Assembly: GCA_964511305.1 (NCBI GenBank)
Contig: CAZEEU010000002.1
Location: 17,608 to 81,607, forward strand
DNA length: 64,000 nt
From: an uncultured Gammaproteobacteria bacterium
Lineage (GTDB): Bacteria; Patescibacteriota; Microgenomatia; Levybacterales; GWA1-39-11
Direction of reading: 5' to 3'
Shown here: positions 9,693 to 18,018 of the stretch, in pieces
Position numbering within the stretch: the first letter of the stretch is position 1
How the letters are laid out: each line of letters begins with the position of its first letter
Made by a program: the position numbers and the translations under genes
Notes under the pieces: model-generated
The model's database searches: none
What the model saw: only the letters and a program-made list of their open reading frames with translations
Told to the model about the DNA's origin: nothing

Positions 9693-9739
9693 AGTATTAC
9701 CTAAGTTTGTTCTCGCCGAAAAATAGCAGATTTTTAAAG

Positions 9740-9830
9740 AACTGCTAGTCCATATCCATAGCGCGCAAATTTGCTAAACGTAGTTAGCATTAAATGCTAA
9801 ACGCAGTAGCAAATTGCTATGGGATAGAAA
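9740..9830. promoter_or_regulatory. imperfect palindrome upstream of receiver gene (candidate operator)
   Basis: CCATAGCGCGCAAATTTGCTAAACG ... GCTAAACGCAGTAGCAAATTGCTATGG. The two halves are near reverse complements, and TGCTAAACG occurs twice as a direct repeat. Confidence 0.3.
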
Positions 9831-9906
9831 AGCAGTCAAATCATACCACAAAACGGTCAAAATTCAATTAAATTGACATAAAATTACGACAAATGTAATA
9901 TGAGTT

Positions 9907-10356
9907 ATGGGACTCTTTGATAGATTTAAATTCGGCTCACAAAATTCTCAACCATCAGCTCCCTCTCCTGCTGCTCCAGTTGGCCCAAAAATGAAAAAAG
10001 TACTTGTTGTTGAAGACGATGAAGCTCTTCGTGGATTATACGTGGAAGTACTAAAAGCCGAGCAATTAGATGTGATTTCTGCAGAAAATGGCCTTAAAGG
10101 CTTAGAAATTGCCCAAGCACAAAAGCCAGACGTCATTCTCTTGGACCTCATGATGCCTGTTATGGATGGCAAAACCATGCTTCGTACGCTTAGAGGACTT
10201 CCTGGATTTGAAAAACTACCGGTTATTATATTGACCAATGCAGGAGACATAGACTCCATTCGAGAAACAAAATTATTTGGAAATGCCAATGCATTTCTTA
10301 TAAAAGCAAATGTTACCCCTCAAGATATAGTCCAAAATATAAGAACCTACATTTAA
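9907..10356 (+). CDS. receiver-only (CheY-like) response regulator, paralog of 5481..5927
   Basis: Motifs KVLVVEDDEALR and VILLDLMMPVMDGKTML...AFLIKANVTPQD. The C-terminal half is near-identical in motif order to the 5481 protein. An alternative start is the MKKVLVV Met at 9991. Confidence 0.7.
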   Translation: MGLFDRFKFGSQNSQPSAPSPAAPVGPKMKKVLVVEDDEALRGLYVEVLKAEQLDVISAENGLKGLEIAQAQKPDVILLDLMMPVMDGKTMLRTLRGLPGFEKLPVIILTNAGDIDSIRETKLFGNANAFLIKANVTPQDIVQNIRTYI

Positions 10357-10359
10357 TCC

Positions 10360-11208
10360 ATGAGATTTCTTGCCCTACTTTTTTTCCTCGCGACAGCTCC
10401 ACTTGTTATATTTTTAGCTGCACTTTCATACGGAGGGGTATCCACTGACATTATCAAAACCGAACTAGCAAAAAGCGGTTTGTATAAAAAAATCGATTTT
10501 CCCCCAGTTACTCCTGATTATGCGAGAGCGAAAGTAAATAAGGCAATTGATGATTCAGCCTTGTGGATCACAGGCAAGACAAATGACGCTCCCATAGTCT
10601 CATTCAAAGATATAAAGGACGAATTTTTGGCAAAAAATCCAGATATACAAGATTCAATTGTCGAAATGTCCAATATGCCTGAAGCTGAAGCATCAGAGGG
10701 AGACTATGCCCAAGGTGAGGATCCTCAGGAAATTATGAAGTCTATCGCAAAAAATGACTTCTCTTATCCACTTAAAGATGCTTTATCGGGACTCAAGATG
10801 GGACATTCTGTACTTTCTGTAATGCTTCCAGTGCTTTTAATTCTCATGATCATAAGTGTTATTGTAATAATTTTGAAATCTCCTGACAATAAAAGCAGGT
10901 TTCGATGGCTTGGAGTTACTTTTCTCTTAAGCGCTGTTGGCTCATATCTCCTTTTTCTCGTATTTGAATTTATCGCAGCAACAGCACTTGCTGCGGCCAT
11001 CCAAAATTCAAACGGTATATTTACCTTAGTTATTCCTATCATTGAGAGTGTCGCTATGCTTTTTCTAGCAAGACATGGAGATTTTCAGATATTTTATTCT
11101 TTTGCAATCGGGGTATTTGGCGTGGTTTGTCTTGCATCATCTTTTGCTTTTCAAAAGGATACTATACCTAACAAACCACAACCAAATCAAAAAAAGAAAT
11201 CTACTTAA
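10360..11208 (+). CDS. integral membrane protein, hypothetical
   Basis: N-terminal TM, soluble segment, then 3-4 C-terminal TM helices. No motif recognised. Confidence 0.45.
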   Translation: MRFLALLFFLATAPLVIFLAALSYGGVSTDIIKTELAKSGLYKKIDFPPVTPDYARAKVNKAIDDSALWITGKTNDAPIVSFKDIKDEFLAKNPDIQDSIVEMSNMPEAEASEGDYAQGEDPQEIMKSIAKNDFSYPLKDALSGLKMGHSVLSVMLPVLLILMIISVIVIILKSPDNKSRFRWLGVTFLLSAVGSYLLFLVFEFIAATALAAAIQNSNGIFTLVIPIIESVAMLFLARHGDFQIFYSFAIGVFGVVCLASSFAFQKDTIPNKPQPNQKKKST

Positions 11209-11509
11209 TCAATGTAAATCCTCCGATTAACGGAAGGGGTTTCATAACTCCATTAGAAGCGTTGATAATACCCATTACAAAGAAAACCAAGACTGCGATA
11301 TTTCCTATTGGGAGCACTAAGAACCATCCCAAGAAAGGAACTACGCCACCTACTACCTGAACTGCTATAGCTAGGATTAAAAGGATAAGTCCTTGGTTAG
11401 CATGATATTTTGCAAATGTTGATTTTGGTGCCGCAAGAAGCGGTATGAAAAAAAGGATATAAGCCAAAATCCCCATTGTTTTGTTTTGTTGTGCGTCAGT
11501 TGATGCCAT
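11201..11509 (-). CDS. DUF4870-like small membrane protein
   Basis: Motif KYHANQGL between two TM helices, characteristic of the DUF4870/TM2-like small membrane proteins. Confidence 0.5.
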   Translation of the reverse strand: MASTDAQQNKTMGILAYILFFIPLLAAPKSTFAKYHANQGLILLILAIAVQVVGGVVPFLGWFLVLPIGNIAVLVFFVMGIINASNGVMKPLPLIGGFTLIK

Positions 11510-11669
11510 ATTTACTCACCTCCTTTACTAAAGAATTACTTCCCAAAAATTTGCATAGTAAGCTACAGAAAAGCGCCCAAAATTAAAGTTACTAGAAATT
11601 GCAACAACGAGTTTGCCAGAATACACATGCTGGAGAAATTTGGTGTTTGACTTCTTGGCCATGGGAGAT

Positions 11670-12308
11670 TTAGTAGCCTTCTGAATCATCTGTAACAGGC
11701 TCTTCACCTGTCATAGAATCCCCGCCTTGATACTGCTCCATCATTTTCTTTACATCTTCTTCACTCATTCCATTACCATTCATCATTTTTGACATATCCT
11801 GAAAATCTACGTCAGCAGGTGGAGTGAACAAGCTATCCGAAACAACTGAGGCTTTACATTTATCTTTATACTCTTCCAAGTCTTTGATTATATTGTCTGC
11901 TTCATTTGATTTATCATTCTCCATTGCTTGATCATCATCTTTTGCTTCCGGAATTTCCATCATAAATCCTTCTTTACCTTTCCAAGAATATATCTTTCTA
12001 TCTTTCATGATCATGCTACCGGTCTGTTCTGGATCTGAAGACTCCATATCTGCCCGTATCGCACCATTCTTTATGAAGTATTTGGATTTTACGTTTTGAG
12101 CGTCAGTATATTCACATTCAAGGCTAACTGATTTTGTAAGTGCGTCTTTAATTGAAGTGAAAGCGTTTCCGCCCATCATGCTGCTACCCATCATTTTTCC
12201 TTTATTGAGCATGAAAAAAGCACCTGCAGCAACAACGAGAACTCCTACAACAATTAGAACAATTACAATTGGGGGGAATCCTTTTTTAGCAGTAGCCATA
12301 AGATACAT
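11670..12308 (-). CDS. membrane-anchored acidic protein, hypothetical
   Basis: N-terminal TM, then a soluble domain with an acidic/Met-rich C-terminal tail. Confidence 0.4.
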   Translation of the reverse strand: MYLMATAKKGFPPIVIVLIVVGVLVVAAGAFFMLNKGKMMGSSMMGGNAFTSIKDALTKSVSLECEYTDAQNVKSKYFIKNGAIRADMESSDPEQTGSMIMKDRKIYSWKGKEGFMMEIPEAKDDDQAMENDKSNEADNIIKDLEEYKDKCKASVVSDSLFTPPADVDFQDMSKMMNGNGMSEEDVKKMMEQYQGGDSMTGEEPVTDDSEGY

Positions 12309-12515
12309 TAAGCATAATCATTTGGAAGATTTCCTGTCAAGAGATCAATTTCAGCAATTTTCTGATGCAATTTTATCAAGCAACCATATTTTAACGTCTA
12401 AATCATATGTGAATGAGCGAAACATATAGCGCATGCAACAACAACTAATAGCTAGACATTCCACAAATCAAAGATGAGAGAAGGGCTATGGAGCAGGTTC
12501 ACTATATACGTAAAT

Positions 12516-13100
12516 CTACCTCTTCTTTTTCTTGTCAGCATTTCTCAGTGGAGGAAAATAGTCTTTAAATAGAAAAAATACTATATTAATCATTGACCCA
12601 AATACTAACACCCAAGTAAGCAATTCAATATTGCCAAGAGTTAGCATAATATCCTGGACTACTTTCATAGGTTCTGTGAATATATACCAAGAATGAGTTC
12701 TTTGAACCTTGCCCAAGATAACTCCAAATGCTATGACGTAATTAAGCCCTATATATAAAATTTCTTTCTTTATCTCTGGAAAGCGAAGCCTTTTGAAAAT
12801 GAGTGCAATTGGCTCAAGCGAATATACATAAGTCATAACACCTAGTGCCGCAAGAATCGAGAATTGGACAAGAAGAATAAGCTGCTCTCCCATCCCGACT
12901 CTAAGAAGCTGATACGGTAGATGCTGAAGGTCGGTTATCAAATAAATCGTGTTAGGTAAAAATAAGAGCCAAAAGAAAAAAACTATTAAATGAACGACGA
13001 TGTTAAGTCTGCGTCTCAGAACAACAACTAATATTATTGGGAGGAAAGCTAATATGGTATTAAATACCATCCAGGAAAAATTGTAGGCAAAGAAAGTCAC
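12516..13100 (-). CDS. polytopic membrane protein, hypothetical
   Basis: 5-6 predicted TM helices. No catalytic motif. Confidence 0.4.
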   Translation of the reverse strand: MTFFAYNFSWMVFNTILAFLPIILVVVLRRRLNIVVHLIVFFFWLLFLPNTIYLITDLQHLPYQLLRVGMGEQLILLVQFSILAALGVMTYVYSLEPIALIFKRLRFPEIKKEILYIGLNYVIAFGVILGKVQRTHSWYIFTEPMKVVQDIMLTLGNIELLTWVLVFGSMINIVFFLFKDYFPPLRNADKKKKR

Positions 13101-13110
13101 GAATTTAATC

Positions 13111-13911
13111 TTACCCTACTTTTTTCACCAAAATCAACTTGCCATCAGCGTCAAAACCCACGATACCCTCATCTACTAGCTTCTTTACATGAGCCCTAGC
13201 GGTCATTTTTCCAGCGAATCCGTGGTTCCCATAATAAACCTCCACCATTTCATCGATTGTACGTACTCCCCTCTCTATCAACCTAAGCATCCCTATTTCA
13301 CGTCTTGTTGTTCTATCGATATATGCATCTATTTTTCCTGCAGCATCAGTAATGGGTTTGCCATGGCCTGAAAGAAGCATCGAGGGCTCCATGTTTTTAA
13401 GCAAATGAAGACTATTAATATAGTCGCTCATTTCAGCGCATACCACAACAGAGTCTGCTTCAATTATTGTATCTCCCGTAAATATTGCGCCAGTTACAGA
13501 ATCGCTTACAACCAAGCTATCTTCAGTATGTCCCGGTGTTGCAACTACATTAAGTACCCGTGAACCAAGATCAATGCTTCGGTTAACTGCTTTTTTGCCA
13601 GTTCCTCCATGCGACCTGCTTTCAGTAATTTGACCAAACTGTGATCTACCACCTCGATGATCAAAATGGAAATGCGTTACAACCATCGAGTCAATTTTAG
13701 GAGAACCAAGATTGCGCCAAGTGTCTGCAAGCAGTTGCCCTTCTTGCGCCATACCACGTCCTGTATCAATAATAGCTGCACTCTCTTGCCCAACAACAAT
13801 ATAAAAATTGGGTGCACCGACTGTCCATTCATAATCACCAACAGTCATTTGGGTTATACCCTCTGCAACCTCGCGTGCAATAGCCTGGCCATGGCTTGGA
13901 GTTTCAAACAT
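13111..13911 (-). CDS. MBL-fold metallo-hydrolase
   Basis: Metallo-beta-lactamase motif VVTHFHFDHRGG (HxHxDH) and downstream His/Asp ligands. Confidence 0.7.
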   Translation of the reverse strand: MFETPSHGQAIAREVAEGITQMTVGDYEWTVGAPNFYIVVGQESAAIIDTGRGMAQEGQLLADTWRNLGSPKIDSMVVTHFHFDHRGGRSQFGQITESRSHGGTGKKAVNRSIDLGSRVLNVVATPGHTEDSLVVSDSVTGAIFTGDTIIEADSVVVCAEMSDYINSLHLLKNMEPSMLLSGHGKPITDAAGKIDAYIDRTTRREIGMLRLIERGVRTIDEMVEVYYGNHGFAGKMTARAHVKKLVDEGIVGFDADGKLILVKKVG

Positions 13912-13926
13912 GGGGGAATGATACCA

Positions 13927-15183
13927 CTAGAGCGGGAGGTCTACAATAAAAGATGCGCCATCCCCGGCTTTGCTCTCGACTGAAAGCTTACCTTTATGTG
14001 CTTCTACAATCTGAAGACAAATATATAGCCCGACTCCAAGACCAGAATACTCTTTTGAGTTTACGGCTCTTTTGAACTGCTCGAATATCATCTCCTGATC
14101 AACCTTTTTAATGCCAATCCCATTATCTTTTATGCGAATGTGCGCATTTTTCCCTAGTTTCTTGACGGTTATCAAGATAGGTTTCCCTTTTCCATACTTA
14201 ATTGCGTTTGAAAGTAGATTTGCGATTACCTGCTCTATGCGAACCTTGTCCCACATACCGACAATCTTTTCATCCATATCTACAACTACCTGTATGTTGG
14301 AATCCTTAAGGCGCGCTTTAAAACTAAGTATTACCTCTTTTACGAGTCCTATTAGCTCTGTTTCTTCTTTTTCAATTTGTAGTCTTCCTGTTGATGCAAC
14401 CGATACATTTAGTAGGTCATTAATGAGTCTTGCCATCCTATGACTTTGTCTACTGCTTAGCTCCAACATTTTTACAATTTCTCGAATCTCTGGAGATTCG
14501 ATCTCGGTTTTTTGGATTTTCTTAATAACCGCCTGGATATTGAGTAAAATTGAAGTTAAAGGTGTCTTAAGCTCGTGAGACGCAACTGACAAAAATTCAT
14601 CCCTAGTTCTTAATGCCTTTTGCGCTTCCAAATAAAGCCTCGCTTTATCTACAGCTGTTGCAGCTCTATTTGCTAGTTCTTCAATAAATGGTAGGTCAGT
14701 TTCTGAATAGGAAAACTTTGGATCCATTGATGCAGTTGTCAAAACCCCAATTGTTTGACCACGACTAATGAGTGGAACAAAAAGGTGTGAATTAAGACCT
14801 AATTTTTTTATAGTCTCACGCTCTTCCTTTATCTTTGAAACTCTATTAAGCCAGGTAGGTGTAGCTTTTTTTATCAGAACAGTCTTGTTATTTTTAGCAG
14901 TGTCATAAATTGCTTCCTTATTGGATGGACTCGGAAGAAATTCATACATTTTATTTGCAAGTTTTTGCTTTTTTCGATCAGCAACCCTAACAGCAACCCG
15001 AGACATTTTTCGCCCATCAAAAATATCTATAATACAAAAATCAGAAACTCCGGTTACAATAAGCTCTGCTACCGTTCCAAGAGTTGTGTAGTAGTCAAGA
15101 GAAGATGAAAGGACTTTACTTGCTTCAGATAAAAAAAGTATCTTGTCTGATACGACGTGAGGCATGTACCACAAGTGTAGCAC
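13927..15183 (-). CDS. cytoplasmic GAF-domain sensor histidine kinase
   Basis: N-terminal GAF-like domain, H-box SVASHELKTPLTSI, N/G boxes NAIKYG, DNGIGI, GLGVGLYI. No TM segments. Confidence 0.8.
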   Translation of the reverse strand: MLHLWYMPHVVSDKILFLSEASKVLSSSLDYYTTLGTVAELIVTGVSDFCIIDIFDGRKMSRVAVRVADRKKQKLANKMYEFLPSPSNKEAIYDTAKNNKTVLIKKATPTWLNRVSKIKEERETIKKLGLNSHLFVPLISRGQTIGVLTTASMDPKFSYSETDLPFIEELANRAATAVDKARLYLEAQKALRTRDEFLSVASHELKTPLTSILLNIQAVIKKIQKTEIESPEIREIVKMLELSSRQSHRMARLINDLLNVSVASTGRLQIEKEETELIGLVKEVILSFKARLKDSNIQVVVDMDEKIVGMWDKVRIEQVIANLLSNAIKYGKGKPILITVKKLGKNAHIRIKDNGIGIKKVDQEMIFEQFKRAVNSKEYSGLGVGLYICLQIVEAHKGKLSVESKAGDGASFIVDLPL

Positions 15184-15437
15184 TGATCAATAATATAGCA
15201 AATTTGCCCTGAAACACCCACTACAACAATTGATAGTCAAAACGTAAGTTTTGTTGAAGATGCATTGGAATATGGAGTAGTACTTTACCCCTGATGAGAC
15301 ACCTAGAATCACACACAACCGAATGACTAACCAATTCGGAAGGATGACGAATGTGCCAGTTGAAAAAGTTGATCCAGTTGTAAAAGCCTTAAGTGTGCAA
15401 TTAAAGTTAATAAAATTGCCTGATGCAGAATAATTGG

Positions 15438-16103
15438 TTATTCCCTAATTGTATATCCAAAACCCCTAACACTTTTTATGAGTTTTTTATCATGTCCAGT
15501 ATCTATTTTCTTTCTAAGATATCCGATATACACATCTACCACTCTACTCTCAATTTCAGGTGAATAAAGCCAAATGTGATCTAATATTGCTTCCCGGGAA
15601 AGAACAGCACCCTTGTTAATAATTAAATACTCAAGCAGTTTGAATTCTTTTGCTGTTAGAGAAATACTTTTGCCTCCTCTTTCAACATCATACGTTGAGG
15701 TATTCACAGTAAGGTCCCCTATCTCAAGCAACGGCGTGCCCTGCTGCTTCAATCTTGTTCTGATACGTGCAAGTAATTCGTCTATCTCAAATGGTTTGGA
15801 TATATAATCATCCGCACCCAAATCAAAACCTCTCACAACTTCTCTGGAAGTATTTTTAGCGGTGAGAATTATAATAGGAAGGTCGGGGTGCATTTTTTTC
15901 ACTTCTTCACATACTGTTTCGCCAGCAATACTTTCAATTCCAAGATCAAGCACTATCAAGTCTGGTTTTGCATCTTTCACCATCTTGATAGCCTTTGCCC
16001 CATCTGGCGTGCCAGTGACACTATAGCCCGTCTCCTTAAGGGCATCTAGCAAGAATTCCCGAATATTCGGGTCATCTTCGACAACTAGCACTTTGTATAT
16101 CAT
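15438..16103 (-). CDS. OmpR-family response regulator
   Basis: Receiver (KVLVVEDDPNIREFL, LIVLDLGI) plus winged-helix output (RVVDVYIGYLRKK...GFGYTI). Upstream of the histidine kinase on the same strand. Confidence 0.85.
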   Translation of the reverse strand: MIYKVLVVEDDPNIREFLLDALKETGYSVTGTPDGAKAIKMVKDAKPDLIVLDLGIESIAGETVCEEVKKMHPDLPIIILTAKNTSREVVRGFDLGADDYISKPFEIDELLARIRTRLKQQGTPLLEIGDLTVNTSTYDVERGGKSISLTAKEFKLLEYLIINKGAVLSREAILDHIWLYSPEIESRVVDVYIGYLRKKIDTGHDKKLIKSVRGFGYTIRE

Positions 16104-16322
16104 AATTTTTGATTAGTAAGGCTACAGACAGGCATATTATTACATAACATCTCCGTCGCAACCACCCTCTGAAATCTCATATGTGTCATATAACTATACT
16201 AATGACCTGAAGTAAATCTAATTGTAAGAATCGGTAAGAGAATTGTAAGAAGAAATCGAGCGTTCAAGGCAACACTTGGTGAGAGCTTTTGGTACTTTTT
16301 TCGGTAGAAAAGTACAAGAAAT

Positions 16323-17975
16323 TTACCAACTCATGCGTAAATGCTCCATTGAATAGTCCATAGTAACCCCAACTTTCTTTCTCGGATTGAACATATTCTC
16401 AGGATCAAATATCTTCTTTGTCTCAACGAATAATTCATATACCTTAGGTCCATACATTTGTCTCAAATATGGAGTCCTTACAAGGCCATCATTATGCTCA
16501 CCGGTAATAGAACCACCATATTTAATAACAAGCTCATACACTTCTTTAGAAATTTGAGGTATTGCGTCTCGAATATGCTTTTTCGTGATATCAACAAGAG
16601 GGATTATATGAAAATTCCCATCCCCAACATGACCGGCAACAGTATAGATAAAGTCTTTATGTTTTTGAATTATTTTATTAACTTGAGGCATAATTTCAGC
16701 AATATGCTCAGGCTTTATAACAAAGTCATCAATGAATGGCGCTGTATGTTTATTTTTAATCTTCTTCCTCAAAAGATTAAAACTCTCACGTCTGATTAAC
16801 CAATACTTCTCTTCCTGAGACTCAATAGCAACCTTAAGTTGTGGATGCAGGGGTGCAAGTTTTGCCTTGAGCTCTGTTACTTTTTGTTTTAATTCTTCCG
16901 GATCATTGCCGGTAAAATCGATTTGTAATACAAGCTTGGGTAATCCACTTCTCATAACCATAAGAAATTCTGGGAAGAATGCAATTCCGCTTCCTATAAA
17001 TCCTTTTGCTCCAAGCTGTTTTGCAAATTCTGGGAAATATTTTAAAGCAAGCTTGAGAGTGTTGTCGTCGTATGACTCAAAGCTTTCTGGCTTGAAAGGC
17101 ATTGCCAAATTTATAATTTCGCCCAAATGCTTTAGGTCATGAAGAAATAGAATTACCATCTCTCTGTGCATATGCATTGGAACAAGATCAATATCAGCTT
17201 CCGTCATAAGACCCAATGTTCCTTGTGCTCCAACCCATAATTGAGTTAAGTCAAAAGTCTTTGCTTCTTTATCCCATACATTCCAAAGCGAATATCCAGC
17301 AGAATTTTTACTTACCTGTGGTTTTGCATCCATGATGACATCATAATTGTCTTTTATTAGCTTGAACATTTTTCTATAAATCTCTCCCTCTACATCTTCT
17401 TGTGCCATTTTCTTCTCCAAAGCCGCTTCTGTAATTTTTTTAATTTCATAGGTATTCCCATCTCTTAGAACTACTTTTACTTTCTTAACATAACGCTCAG
17501 TTTTTCCATATTGCAAAGATTTTTCTCCACCTGAGTTATTATTTACAATCCCTCCCATGGCACAAAGTCCACGAGAAGCTGGATACGAAGGGAAAAGAAG
17601 ACCTTCTCGGGTTGTAACCTTCTCAAGGTCACGATAATATACGCCCGGCTGTGTAGTTATTGTGCGATCGTTAATTACTGGGGTCGCATTAAAGTATTTT
17701 GTAAAACTTACAATTATTGAGTCATTTATTGAGCCTCCACCCATGTCCGTACCCGCTGATCTTCCGGTAAGCGACAAATGCGGATGATCCTTTTTATTCT
17801 CAGCAACAAATTTAACTAAATTTTGAAGATCCGAAACATTTTTTGGGAAAACAACGACCTGTGGTCTTATTTCAAAAAGCGAAGCATCGTGGCTATATTC
17901 CGCAAGAGTGGTTGAGTCAGTCACGACGTCTCCCTCAATAACTTTAGTGAGTGCGGACAGTAATTTTGGATCCAT
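16323..17975 (-). CDS. FAD-linked oxidase (GlcD/D-lactate dehydrogenase/alkyl-DHAP synthase family)
   Basis: FAD-binding PCMH-type domain (GRSAGTDMGGGS, GGIVNNNSGG) plus a C-terminal FAD-oxidase domain. 550 aa. Confidence 0.7.
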   Translation of the reverse strand: MDPKLLSALTKVIEGDVVTDSTTLAEYSHDASLFEIRPQVVVFPKNVSDLQNLVKFVAENKKDHPHLSLTGRSAGTDMGGGSINDSIIVSFTKYFNATPVINDRTITTQPGVYYRDLEKVTTREGLLFPSYPASRGLCAMGGIVNNNSGGEKSLQYGKTERYVKKVKVVLRDGNTYEIKKITEAALEKKMAQEDVEGEIYRKMFKLIKDNYDVIMDAKPQVSKNSAGYSLWNVWDKEAKTFDLTQLWVGAQGTLGLMTEADIDLVPMHMHREMVILFLHDLKHLGEIINLAMPFKPESFESYDDNTLKLALKYFPEFAKQLGAKGFIGSGIAFFPEFLMVMRSGLPKLVLQIDFTGNDPEELKQKVTELKAKLAPLHPQLKVAIESQEEKYWLIRRESFNLLRKKIKNKHTAPFIDDFVIKPEHIAEIMPQVNKIIQKHKDFIYTVAGHVGDGNFHIIPLVDITKKHIRDAIPQISKEVYELVIKYGGSITGEHNDGLVRTPYLRQMYGPKVYELFVETKKIFDPENMFNPRKKVGVTMDYSMEHLRMSW

Positions 17976-18018
17976 ATTTATGCTTCTTAACCATGATGCA
18001 GGAATTACGAGCTATAAG

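Noticed and set aside
8739-9726. Plus-strand ORFs overlapping the GC island (8739..9008, 8767..9285, 9204..9614, 9445..9726) and minus-strand 9391..9651.
   Set aside because: High-GC DNA generates long stop-free frames. Their translations are Arg/Gly/Val-rich nonsense, and they overlap a coherent PT-linker surface protein on the minus strand.
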